From Armatimonadota bacterium (GTDB lineage Bacteria > Armatimonadota > UBA10988), in NCBI GenBank assembly GCA_016235455.1, contig JACRKZ010000126.1:1-53190 (forward strand): a stretch of 53,190 bases of DNA, written 5' to 3'. Shown here one piece after another: positions 18,519-27,927 of this stretch. Every line of letters begins with the position of its first letter. Within the stretch, counting starts at the first letter, position 1. The notes under the pieces were generated by a model. That model did not search any database. It saw only the letters and a list, made by a program, of their open reading frames with translations, and was not told where the DNA came from. The position numbers were made by a program, and so were the translations under genes.

Positions 18519-20579
18519 GTGATCGCCGAGCCCAGCAACCGCCTCGCCACGGAGACATCGCCCTACCTGCTGCTGCACGCCACCAACCCCGTGGACTGGT
18601 ACCCATGGGGTGGGGAAGCGTTCGACGCCGCCCGCCGGCTGGACAAGCCCATTCTGCTCTCCGTCGGCTACTCCACCTGCTACTGGTGCCACGTCATGGA
18701 GCGCGAGAGCTTCGCGGATGTGGCCACCGCGACTGTGCTCAACGACGCCTTCGTCTGCATCAAGGTCGACCGTGAAGAACGGCCCGACCTGGACGAGCAG
18801 TACATGCAGGCCGTGCAACTGCTGACCGGTAGTGGCGGCTGGCCCATGACCGTCATGCTGACCCACGACCTCAAACCGTTCTACGGCGGCACCTACTATC
18901 CGCCCGACCAGCTGCGCCGGGTGGTCGCGGCGCTCAGTGATGTCTGGCGGAACGACCGCGAGCGCCTGCTGGCCAGCGCCGAGGAGTTGACTACGGCTAT
19001 GGCCCGCGGCGGTCGCCCCGCCGCGGTCGATGGTGATATGCTGACCCAGGACGACATCGCCTCGGCACTCGACCGCATGTTGGCCGACCAGGACAGCGTG
19101 CACGGCGGCCAGCGGGGCGCGCCCAAGTTCCCGCAGGACATGGCCGACGCGCTGTTCATCGCTGCCTGGCAGCATGGCGGGCGAGACGAGCTTCTGGCCG
19201 CGGCGTTGCGCAGCTTGGATGCCATGGCGCTTGGCGGCATCCACGACCATGTCGGCGGCGGCTTCCATCGCTACAGCACCGATGGCATGTGGGCCGTGCC
19301 GCACTTCGAGAAGATGCTCTACAACCAGGCTGGCCTGCTGCGCGCCTACGCCGATGCCGCCGCCGCCACGGGCTCGTGGTGGTACCGCCAGATCGCGCGA
19401 GACATCGTCGGCTTCGTTCGACGGGAGCTCACCGACGGCGAAACAGGCGCATTCCTCACCGCGCTCGATGCCGAGACCGACGGTCGTGAGGGCCTGTACT
19501 ACCTGTGGTCACCCGCGGAGATGGCCCAAATCCTGGGCGGTCAGGCCGACCGCTTCGCGGCGGCGTTCCGCACCACCGACGTACCGGACCACCACGCACC
19601 CCGCGGTCGGGACCCGCGGCCGGGCGTGCTGAGCCTGGTCTGTTCGCCGGCGACGCCGGCGGTCGCGTCGGATCTCGGCGGCCTGTGCGCACAACTGCTC
19701 GCGGCGCGCGACCGTCGGCCGCGGCCGCTCACCGACGACAAGGTGCTTTGCGCCTGGAACGGCCTCATGGCCGGCGCGTTGGCCCACGCCGGTTGGTTGC
19801 TCGACGAGCCGGATTGGGTGGCCGTGGCGGAGCGCTCCGTCGCCTTCGTTCTGGCGCGGTTGCGTGACGGCGAAGGGCGACTGCTGCACCAGTGGCGCCT
19901 GGGCCAGGCCAAACAGGCCGCGTTCCTGGATGACTACGCCGCGCTCGCCAACGCCTGCCTGGACCTGTGGCTGGCCACCGGCGACGCGCGCTGGCGCGTC
20001 GAGGCCGCTGGCCTCGCTTCTGAGATGACGCAGCGGTTCGCGGCGGAGGACGGTGCGTTCCATGGGGCCGACGCCGAAGCCACCGACTTGCTGCTGCGAA
20101 GCAAACCGATGTTCGACAACGCCATGCCGTGTGGCAACTCGCTGGCGGCGGATCTGCTCTACCGCCTGGCGCGCTACGACGAGGCACGTCGAACCGTGGC
20201 CACGCTGGCACCGTTGGCGCGTCGCTACCCGCACGGGCTGGCGAACCTGGTGCGCGTGGCGTTGACCGGAGACCCAGCGAATAGCACGGCCAGCGGGAGC
20301 GCGCGACATGTGCACGCGAGTGTCCGATCGATTGACGACGGCGTCCTCGAGCTGCGGGTGCGGCTCACGCCTGGCTACCATGTGGAGCGCCTGAGCCTGA
20401 GGACGGCCGATGGCGAGCTGGTACCCGTCGTAAGCGACGAAGGATCAGGGCTGCGCCTGCGCGCCACGCTGCCGCGACGACCGGAGTCTCAGGACCTATG
20501 GCTGAGCGCGCAGGTCTGCGGTGACGGCGCGTGCCTGCCCGAGAGCACACTCCGGTTCCGTGTGATCAGTGGATCCTAA
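18519..20579 (+). CDS. Thioredoxin-domain protein of YyaL/DUF255 (SPATA20) family with DsbD-N-like C-terminus
   Basis: [59 protein letters not shown] and [10 protein letters not shown] motifs. Confidence 0.92.
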   Translation: MIAEPSNRLATETSPYLLLHATNPVDWYPWGGEAFDAARRLDKPILLSVGYSTCYWCHVMERESFADVATATVLNDAFVCIKVDREERPDLDEQYMQAVQLLTGSGGWPMTVMLTHDLKPFYGGTYYPPDQLRRVVAALSDVWRNDRERLLASAEELTTAMARGGRPAAVDGDMLTQDDIASALDRMLADQDSVHGGQRGAPKFPQDMADALFIAAWQHGGRDELLAAALRSLDAMALGGIHDHVGGGFHRYSTDGMWAVPHFEKMLYNQAGLLRAYADAAAATGSWWYRQIARDIVGFVRRELTDGETGAFLTALDAETDGREGLYYLWSPAEMAQILGGQADRFAAAFRTTDVPDHHAPRGRDPRPGVLSLVCSPATPAVASDLGGLCAQLLAARDRRPRPLTDDKVLCAWNGLMAGALAHAGWLLDEPDWVAVAERSVAFVLARLRDGEGRLLHQWRLGQAKQAAFLDDYAALANACLDLWLATGDARWRVEAAGLASEMTQRFAAEDGAFHGADAEATDLLLRSKPMFDNAMPCGNSLAADLLYRLARYDEARRTVATLAPLARRYPHGLANLVRVALTGDPANSTASGSARHVHASVRSIDDGVLELRVRLTPGYHVERLSLRTADGELVPVVSDEGSGLRLRATLPRRPESQDLWLSAQVCGDGACLPESTLRFRVISGS

Positions 20580-20599
20580 GGGGACCAACGAGCGCGGAA

Positions 20600-20634
20600 C
20601 CGAACCGTACCACACCCCTGCGGGTGGGGTTCGG
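20600..20634. terminator. GC-rich bulged hairpin downstream of the YyaL-like gene
   Basis: Outer stem CCGAACC/GGTTCGG and inner stem CACCC/GGGTG; no U-tract. Confidence 0.35.
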
Positions 20635-20636
20635 CA

Positions 20637-20664
20637 ATGCTACATAACGCGGATTATGGGTTGA
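20637..20664 (-). other. dif: Candidate XerCD dif recombination site
   Basis: Minus strand reads TCAACCCATAA-TCCGCG-TTATGTAGCAT: 11-6-11 layout with the inner palindrome CATAA/TTATG, in a convergent intergenic gap. Confidence 0.6.
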
Positions 20665-20702
20665 GGCGACTGTTTGAGGTGGGGGCCGGCCGTTCGAAAC
20701 AC

Positions 20703-20732
20703 ACGGGCCGGACACTCGTCGCGCCGGCCCGT
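20703..20732 (-). terminator. Putative terminator of the HEAT-repeat gene
   Basis: 9-bp stem ACGGGCCGG/CCGGCCCGT followed on the minus strand by GTTT. Confidence 0.45.
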
Positions 20733-20764
20733 ATGCTGACTATGCCGATTGAGGTCCGCTGCCG

Positions 20765-23700
20765 CTAGCTGCGCGCGCCCAGAATGAGCAACGCCTGCTG
20801 GGCGCTGGCCTGCACCGTTTCGCTGGGGTCAGGCGTGTCGCCGACCATGGCGCTCAGTTTGGCCACCGTCGCGGCGTCCTTCATGCCCAGCTTGGCCGTG
20901 GCCTGCGCTGCGTAACTGCGCACCAACTCGTTGCTGTCGTCCAAGCCCTTGAGCACGTAGCTCACTGCGTCCTTGTCGCCAACGTCCGTCAACACTGTCA
21001 AGGCCGCGGCGCGCAACACCGGATCGGCGTCAGCCATGGACTTGCGCAAGCGCTCCACGCCCGGACCGTTGTCGCCCAGCGATGCCAGCGCTCGGCACAG
21101 GAACCGGAAGTTCACCTTCAAGGAGCCGTCGCTGTAGAGGTCCTTGAACAGCAAGCCCACCGGATCGCGCTCTTCCTTCTTCAGGCCGCGCAACTTGGCG
21201 ATGCGTTCCGCGGGCAGCGTGGCCAGGAGGCGCGCCGCCTCACGGCGAACTTCCAGGTTCTTGCTGCGCAACTGATCGCGAAGGACTTTGTTACCACGGT
21301 CGTCGCCGAGGCCGATGAGGCTGACGGCCGCCGCGGTCTTGACCGATTCGTTGGCGTCGTTGAGCAGGCCGACCATGGCGTCAAGGGTCTTGTCGACCAG
21401 GTCTTGCTCGGTGACTTCCTTGACGTCTTTCTTGGGCTCGGCCTTGGCGGCGTCGGCCTTCTTGGCCTCGGTCCGGGCCAGCGCCTTGGCGGCGGCGGCC
21501 AGCGGGTCGGCTGGCGGCATGGTGCCAGCAGCCGGATGGATGTTCATGCCCGTGTGCCAGACCGAGAGCGCGGCTGCCTGGCGGACCCGAGCGGGCATCT
21601 TGGCGTCGGCCATGATGGCATTGAGCCGCGTGCGCTGGTCGCCCAACTGGCTGACCCGGAGCGCCGGCAGCGCGGCGGCCAGGACGTCCGCGTTGGTGTC
21701 CTGCAGGGCATCGCGCACGGCCAGCAGCGCCTCTGGCTCCTTCAGGCCGACCAGGGCCTCGACCGCCCTGGCGCGGGTGTTCTTGTCCGTGATCACCGCC
21801 GTGGCCGGGTCGGCTGGCTTGCCGCCGGCCTTGACGCCGACGTAGTCGCCGGCTTCATTCTTGACCACGCCGACCAGTGCCGCGACGATCTTGGCGTCCG
21901 GCGTCTTGGCGCCCTTGATCAGCAGCCCGAGGCCTTCAGCGGCGGCGGCGCGGACGTCGCCGTCCACGTCACGGAGCGCGGCCATGAGTACGGCTCGACT
22001 GGACATGGAACGGCGTTCGCCGAGCAACTGCGCGGCCAACGCGCGAGTGCGTGCATCGGCGGAGGCCATCGCCCCCTCGAGCGCCGCGTTGGACAGGATC
22101 TGGCTAGCGCTGCGCAGCACTTCACGGCTGAGCTGGGCATCATTTTGCGCCAGCAGAGACGCGGCCATGGCGCTGTCGGCTTTGCCCTGCAGCAAGCGCG
22201 GCACCACCATGCGCACCGTCGGGTCGCCCGCCACCAACTGCGGCAGCAGCGCGCGGCGGACGCCTTCGGGCAGACCAACCATGGAACGCGTGGCGACCAG
22301 GCGCACGGTCGGATCCTTCTCGGCGACCAGCAGGTCCAGGAGCGCCTTGCCGGACTGAGCGTCGTTAGCGAAGCGCAGTCCCTCGGCCGCGGCGCACCGC
22401 ACGACAGCGTCCTTACTGGACAAGCCGGTGGCGCGGAGCACCTTGGCGATCTGCTGGCGCGCGGCCTGATCGGTGTGGCGCGCTTCCAGAATGCGCTGCA
22501 GGCCCTTGACCGCCTGCCGACGCACGGTGTACGAGCGGTCGGCCATGGCCCGGCCGAGGGCCGGCACGGCGCTGGCATCACCGATGTTGACCAGCCGCTT
22601 GAGCGCCTCGATGCGGTCGGTCTCGACGGCGTCGAAGTGCAGCGTCAGGTCGGTGGTGTCTACCGTGTCGTCGTAGGGCGTGTCAGCGAGATTGGCGTGG
22701 TACATGGCGCGGTTGTGCCGCTTCTCGAACGGCACGATGAGTGCGCGCAGGTCACGGGCGCGCTCGCCCTTGTAAGGCCCTTCGGCGGGGCGGTCGACAT
22801 TGTTCCGCGGCAGCGGGCTGCCGGCGCAGACCGCCACAAAGAAGTCCGACACCAGGTCCCCGGGTCCCTTGTTGATCAGGTCGATGCGCACACCCAGCAT
22901 CTCGCCCTCGACGACATCGATGGCGGGCTGATTGGCGGGGTCCTTGACGACGAGGTCCTGCCGTTGGAGGGTGACGCCGCCCGGCACGATGCCCAGACCG
23001 GTCTGGCCCTTCTTGGGTCGGACGACATGGCCCTGCCGGCCCGCGGCCAGATTGGCTTCGCTTTCCTTGGTGCGGGCGCGTTCCTGCTCCTGGATGAAGG
23101 AGGCGGAGTCGCGCTGGCGGGCCAGGTCGGCGGGCGTGGCTTCGGACTGCGTCTTGACGCGGACCAGGAACGGGCCGTAGATGAAGGAGTCGCGGCTGGC
23201 GTTGTTGCGCACGCGGCCTTCGGAGTCCAGGCGAACGTAGCACTGGTACTCACCGCCGAGCACGTGCAGCAGCGGACTGAGGTAGTCGTCGAGCGCCTTC
23301 TTGCCCTCGCTGCCGGCGGCGGGCTTGAGCCGCGCCAGGGCACAAGCGCCCTGCTGCCGGACCAACTCATACTCATCGCGCAGCGCCTTGACCAGATCGG
23401 CTTCGGCGGACGTGGCGCCGACCAGGCCCAGCAAGCGGGCGGCGACGGCACGGCGGTGAGCGAACTTCTCCTTCTCGAGGGTGGCCTGCGTGGTTTCGGC
23501 CACTCGCTTGCGCAGCGCCTGCACGCACGCCGCGGCGTACTTGGTCTGCGCCGCAAGGCGCTCGAAGGTCAGGCGACCGGTGTCGCGGTCAGCCTCGCCG
23601 ACCGGCAGTTCGCCGCTGAGATCGCAGGCGATCTGAGCCAGAGCTTCGATATTGCCCGAGCCGCCGCTCTTCTCCAGTTCGCCTTCCAACGCCCAAATGA

Positions 23701-23917
23701 CGTTGTCGCGCACCGTCTGCGGCTGCGTGGCCAGGAAGTCGATCGGCTTGTGCCGACGCATCACCCGGTGCGCCGCGGCCTGGCGCACAGCCAAGTCCTC
23801 GTCGCCCGTGGCCTTCACCAGCCGGTCGGTCAAAATGAAGCTGATCGTGATGTAGGCAATGCTGCCGACAGCGATGCCTACCACCGCGTAGAACAGGTAA
23901 CGCCAGCCCTTGATCAC
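20765..23917 (-). CDS. Large membrane-anchored HEAT-repeat protein
   Basis: Start GTG 23917 after SD AAGGGA. N-terminal TM and many D-x-x-x-x-VR-x-AA-x-ALG repeats, interrupted by a beta-rich insert. Confidence 0.8.
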   Translation of the reverse strand: MIKGWRYLFYAVVGIAVGSIAYITISFILTDRLVKATGDEDLAVRQAAAHRVMRRHKPIDFLATQPQTVRDNVIWALEGELEKSGGSGNIEALAQIACDLSGELPVGEADRDTGRLTFERLAAQTKYAAACVQALRKRVAETTQATLEKEKFAHRRAVAARLLGLVGATSAEADLVKALRDEYELVRQQGACALARLKPAAGSEGKKALDDYLSPLLHVLGGEYQCYVRLDSEGRVRNNASRDSFIYGPFLVRVKTQSEATPADLARQRDSASFIQEQERARTKESEANLAAGRQGHVVRPKKGQTGLGIVPGGVTLQRQDLVVKDPANQPAIDVVEGEMLGVRIDLINKGPGDLVSDFFVAVCAGSPLPRNNVDRPAEGPYKGERARDLRALIVPFEKRHNRAMYHANLADTPYDDTVDTTDLTLHFDAVETDRIEALKRLVNIGDASAVPALGRAMADRSYTVRRQAVKGLQRILEARHTDQAARQQIAKVLRATGLSSKDAVVRCAAAEGLRFANDAQSGKALLDLLVAEKDPTVRLVATRSMVGLPEGVRRALLPQLVAGDPTVRMVVPRLLQGKADSAMAASLLAQNDAQLSREVLRSASQILSNAALEGAMASADARTRALAAQLLGERRSMSSRAVLMAALRDVDGDVRAAAAEGLGLLIKGAKTPDAKIVAALVGVVKNEAGDYVGVKAGGKPADPATAVITDKNTRARAVEALVGLKEPEALLAVRDALQDTNADVLAAALPALRVSQLGDQRTRLNAIMADAKMPARVRQAAALSVWHTGMNIHPAAGTMPPADPLAAAAKALARTEAKKADAAKAEPKKDVKEVTEQDLVDKTLDAMVGLLNDANESVKTAAAVSLIGLGDDRGNKVLRDQLRSKNLEVRREAARLLATLPAERIAKLRGLKKEERDPVGLLFKDLYSDGSLKVNFRFLCRALASLGDNGPGVERLRKSMADADPVLRAAALTVLTDVGDKDAVSYVLKGLDDSNELVRSYAAQATAKLGMKDAATVAKLSAMVGDTPDPSETVQASAQQALLILGARS

Positions 23918-24034
23918 CGGTCCATCCCTTCGCGCCGGTGGGCGCCGCAGTCCCGTTCGCCGCGCCGCCCCACCCTCCTTCTTGTGAGCAAAAGAAGATG
24001 GTGACAGCCAGCGCACCGACCCAGATAAAGGAAC

Positions 24035-24058
24035 GGGCCCGGCCGACAGGCCGGGCCC
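24035..24058 (-). terminator. Intrinsic terminator
   Basis: 10-bp perfect stem GGGCCCGGCC with a 4-nt loop, followed by GTTCCTTT on the minus strand, just after the stop at 24065. Confidence 0.6.
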
Positions 24059-24064
24059 ACGCGG

Positions 24065-25927
24065 TCACTCGATGATGAACGCCTTCTTTTCGGCCGCGCG
24101 CGGCCGGTTGGACTTGCGTTCGTCGTACAGCCAGAGCGTCTGGTCGTCGTTGAGCGCGAACATCGGGTAGCTGCTCAGGTTGCTGGCGATGACGCGCTTG
24201 GCGACCCGGCGCACGATGTTGCACTCGGTGTAGAGTCGGCGGAAGCTCACGCCGCCCGGATGATGCGCCATGAGTTGCCGCATGATCTCGAGCACGGAGA
24301 CGTCCTGCACGTGTTCCACCTTGACGCGCAGCACGAGGAGTTCGTCCAGGTGCGGCTGCGGGATGAGGTGCATGGGATCCGGCTCGGGCTCGACGCTGGC
24401 GCGCCACACCTCTTTGGCCTCGTCGCGCTCGATGTGGAAGACATGGCCCGTCGGCTGGAGCCGACCCTTGTACCACTCATCGAGACCGCACAGCAGCCCG
24501 GTCTCGTTGTTGAGCCACAGCTCGAAGACCTCGCCGGTGTTGTCGTCGACCATCTTGATCGGCCGGATGGGCGGGTCCTTGGGGAACACGCCGCGGTCGA
24601 TCTTGCGGACCTTGATGGTACCCGACACGAAGTGGCGGTAGCTGGTGACGAAGCGCTGCTTCTTGGCCAACTGGATGCCCTCGGGCAGGTCCATGACCTC
24701 GTTGTCTTCGCCGATGTCCTCGAGGTCGGGCGCGTGGACCTCCCACTCGATGCCGCCTTCGAGGCCGGCGTCGGTGAGCTGTGCGTCGACCAGTTCGCCG
24801 GTCAACGTCGCCACCTGGATCGGCGAGAGCTGCAGCGTCACCGGCACGCGATAGAGCGTCGGCGGCAGCAGCACGCGCAGGTGCCAGCGGTTCTCGGTCA
24901 ACTCAACGAAGCGGTCATCGCCGCGCAGCGCCAACTGCATGGCGCGCAGAGCGGCGGCATACTGCACGTCGCCGGGGAACAGCTCGAACACATCGCTGAC
25001 CAGGCTGGCCAGGGTCAGGGCCTCTCCGGCCTCCTGAATGATGCGCTGGATCTCACTGAGGTCGTCGGAGGCCAGCGAGAACTCGGCCGCCTCATCGGTG
25101 GCCAACAGCTCGCCCACGTCCATCTGGTCGGCGCCGGTGATCTGGTCGTCCTGCTGCTCGGAGAGGTCGCGGATGACCTCGGCCAACTGGTCGGCGTAAG
25201 TCTGCGTGGCGAACGCCGGACCCGGCAGGACGACCACGCGCGGGTCGCTCAACGAGGCCAGGAAGGCGGCGTTGACGTCCACCTTGCCAGCCTTGGCGAC
25301 CCACAAGGAGTAGAGCAGCAGCCGCGCGGCCACCGGCTCCTGGGCGCTGTGGACCAGCGTGTAGAGCGCCTGAACGGCGTCCTCCTCGGCGCGGGCCGAG
25401 TCCAGGTCCAGGTGATCCAGGGCGGCATCGAGATCGACGTCGGCCTGGAAGAAGTTCTGCTGGCGGACAGTCTCGTCGGTCTCGCCGGGGGCCACGTCGA
25501 GCAGCCATTCGCGCAATCCGACCAGCCCGTCGCCAGTGACGAAGAAGCTGTCGCGGGAGCCGCACAGCGTGGTCACCACGCGCTGCAGATCCTCGCGGCT
25601 GCGGCGCCGCACCACGGCCAGCTCACCCGCCAGGTGAGCGATGCGCATGGGCTTGCCACACTCGCGCAAGATAGCCTGCAGAGCACCATCAGTGCTACGC
25701 CGGCGGCCGTCCTGGCGGCTCTTGAGATCCCATCGGCGCTCCACCATGGTGAGCCGATGCGAACGCGTCAACTCATTGCGCACGAGCCGTGCCGACGCGC
25801 CTACCCGGTCGCCAACCTCGCGCGCCACGTCGGCCGTCTTGACCGGTCCGCCCGACGACAGCACGTACTCGGCCATCAGAGTGTCCAAGTAATCGCGCGC
25901 TAGTTCTTTCTGTCCCGTCGCGTCCAC
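24065..25927 (-). CDS. Hypothetical protein with repeated winged-helix-like modules
   Basis: Start GTG 25927 after GGAGAG; strong high-GC codon bias. Modules end in RWDL, GLREW, RWHL and LWLY. Confidence 0.7.
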   Translation of the reverse strand: MDATGQKELARDYLDTLMAEYVLSSGGPVKTADVAREVGDRVGASARLVRNELTRSHRLTMVERRWDLKSRQDGRRRSTDGALQAILRECGKPMRIAHLAGELAVVRRRSREDLQRVVTTLCGSRDSFFVTGDGLVGLREWLLDVAPGETDETVRQQNFFQADVDLDAALDHLDLDSARAEEDAVQALYTLVHSAQEPVAARLLLYSLWVAKAGKVDVNAAFLASLSDPRVVVLPGPAFATQTYADQLAEVIRDLSEQQDDQITGADQMDVGELLATDEAAEFSLASDDLSEIQRIIQEAGEALTLASLVSDVFELFPGDVQYAAALRAMQLALRGDDRFVELTENRWHLRVLLPPTLYRVPVTLQLSPIQVATLTGELVDAQLTDAGLEGGIEWEVHAPDLEDIGEDNEVMDLPEGIQLAKKQRFVTSYRHFVSGTIKVRKIDRGVFPKDPPIRPIKMVDDNTGEVFELWLNNETGLLCGLDEWYKGRLQPTGHVFHIERDEAKEVWRASVEPEPDPMHLIPQPHLDELLVLRVKVEHVQDVSVLEIMRQLMAHHPGGVSFRRLYTECNIVRRVAKRVIASNLSSYPMFALNDDQTLWLYDERKSNRPRAAEKKAFIIE

Positions 25928-26057
25928 GCTAGCTCTCTCCCTCCGGTTCACACCAGACCCAGGATCGCCCGATAGTACCACCTTAGGCGGCTCCCGGCAA
26001 GCTGGCCACCGCGCAGGGCGATGCGCCATGCGCTGGTCGCCCGGGTACAATGGGGCC

Positions 26058-26873
26058 ATGGGATCAGATTGGCGCAATCAGGTCGACTACGGGCTGCGCC
26101 AGCGCCTGCGGCTCAGTCCAGCGCGCTGGCTGCTGCGGCGGGGCGTGCGCCTGCGCGCCGAGGACAAGCAGGGGCAGTTTGACGATCGGCCGGGTCTGGC
26201 CGACCGCGTCGACGCGCTATGCCGCGACTTCCACCTCGACGACCTGCGGCGGCGGACCAGCCGCGCCAACTTCGCGGAGAACCTCTACTACCTGGAACTG
26301 CTGGCCCGGGCCACCGAGCTCGGCCGCGGGCTGGGCTGGCAGCCGCCTGGGCAACTGGCCGCCGCGGATATCGGCGTGTCGCACTGGTTCTATGCCCAGT
26401 CGCTCCTGGCCTGCCTGCGCTGGTGGGGCTGCGCGCGCGGTCGCGTGGTGACCATCGACGGCTACGAGGCCGACCCGTGGCGGCTCCACGCCGACCTGTT
26501 CACGCGCGCCGACCATGCCGCCGCGCACATGGCCGAGGCGGCCGCACTGCATTACCGACCCGAGTCGTTCGCCGCTGCGCCCGGACGCTACCACTGGGTG
26601 TCTATGCTGTTCCCGTTCGTGTTCGTCGCCGACCACCGGCGGTGGGGCCTGCCCGCGCCGCTGCACCAGCCGCGCGAGTTGCTGGCCGCGGCCTGGGAGT
26701 CGCTGGCGCCCGGCGGGCTGCTGGTCATCGCCAACCAGGGCGACGCCGAGCAAACCGCGCAACTCGCGCTGATGGCCGAACTGGGGCTGCCCGCGCCGCT
26801 CTCAGAGCCGTTCGACAGCGCGTTCTATCAGTACAAGGTACCCCGACGGTTGACCGTGGCGTGCCGGTCGTAG
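26058..26873 (+). CDS. Class I SAM-dependent methyltransferase-like protein
   Basis: AADIG motif I-like, IDGYE, and LAPGGLLVI motif near the C-terminus. Confidence 0.6.
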   Translation: MGSDWRNQVDYGLRQRLRLSPARWLLRRGVRLRAEDKQGQFDDRPGLADRVDALCRDFHLDDLRRRTSRANFAENLYYLELLARATELGRGLGWQPPGQLAAADIGVSHWFYAQSLLACLRWWGCARGRVVTIDGYEADPWRLHADLFTRADHAAAHMAEAAALHYRPESFAAAPGRYHWVSMLFPFVFVADHRRWGLPAPLHQPRELLAAAWESLAPGGLLVIANQGDAEQTAQLALMAELGLPAPLSEPFDSAFYQYKVPRRLTVACRS

Positions 26874-27853
26874 GGCCACCCTAGCGGGCCCATCTCGCGG
26901 TCCAGCCAGCTGCGCAGCTCGTCCCGTTCCAGGTTCGCAGGCACGTGGGTCAGCCGCCACTCAATGGTCCACGACAAGCTCTGACCCACCGCCAGCGTGG
27001 CCTGGGGGCTAAGCAACTCGAGTTCGGTCATCTTGGCGATGGAGTCCATTTCCGTGTAGACCTCGGCCACGCAGCCATGGTCGGGGTACTCGCCAGCCGA
27101 CCGGGCGTAGTGCTGGCTGAAGACCACGCCGCGCTTCATGGCGGCCACCCAGCCGCGCTCGGAGTCGGTACCGTACTTGGACGGTGAGTCGGCCAGTCGG
27201 TGCATCTCGAGGAGGCGGTTGCCGACCACTTCCTTGTTGGCGTGGTCGGGCCGCTCGAAGTCGTGGTAGCCCAGGGGCAGCGCCGTGCTTGGCCCCAAGG
27301 GCAGCCAGGACAGCTCCGGGTCGTCCGTCTGGCTGACGTTCCAGATGGTCACCTTCACGGGGGCGCCACTGACTTTCACGAAGCGCTGCTCGATGAGCAG
27401 GCTGGCGCGATGGTCGGCCAGGGTCAGGATACGCTCGGCCCGCACGCCGTAGTCGGCGCTGACCGGGCTGACCAGTTTGAGCCGCTGGTCTGGCAGCAGT
27501 TCGACCTGCCAGCGACCTCCGTCGAGGGCGCGATCGGGCGGCCAACCGCGGCCCATGGTGCGGGGCCAGGCCGACTGCTCGGCGGGCCACACCTTGTCGC
27601 CGCCGGCGTTGAACCAGTCGGTGAAGCCTTCGGGCCGCGTCTTGCCGGCCAAGGCGGGGTTCTCCCACAGGAAGTTGTCGCCTCCGGCCGGGGCGAATCG
27701 CATGATTCGGCCCAGCGAGGGCACTACGACGACCTCGGCCACGCCGTTGCGCAGATGCACGGCATCGGACCACCCGTGGTAATCCGCGGTCGTCACGGTC
27801 AGCGGCCCGGAGGCGGCCAGGGCCGCACCGCACAGCAGAGTCACACCTAACAT
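26828..27853 (-). CDS. Secreted DUF4380-like / galactose-mutarotase-fold protein
   Basis: Signal peptide MLGVTLLCGAALAAS; YHGW, VVVVPSLGRIM, NFLWEN, GGDKVWPA, YPDHG...EVY and ELELLSP motifs. Confidence 0.65.
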   Translation of the reverse strand: MLGVTLLCGAALAASGPLTVTTADYHGWSDAVHLRNGVAEVVVVPSLGRIMRFAPAGGDNFLWENPALAGKTRPEGFTDWFNAGGDKVWPAEQSAWPRTMGRGWPPDRALDGGRWQVELLPDQRLKLVSPVSADYGVRAERILTLADHRASLLIEQRFVKVSGAPVKVTIWNVSQTDDPELSWLPLGPSTALPLGYHDFERPDHANKEVVGNRLLEMHRLADSPSKYGTDSERGWVAAMKRGVVFSQHYARSAGEYPDHGCVAEVYTEMDSIAKMTELELLSPQATLAVGQSLSWTIEWRLTHVPANLERDELRSWLDREMGPLGWPYDRHATVNRRGTLY

Positions 27854-27927
27854 GGATTTCGCCTCTCGCCTGGCCGGTTCGCCGAGGATTGCCGGCCTCC
27901 TTGCCGAAACGGTGGCCGGAGATGACG

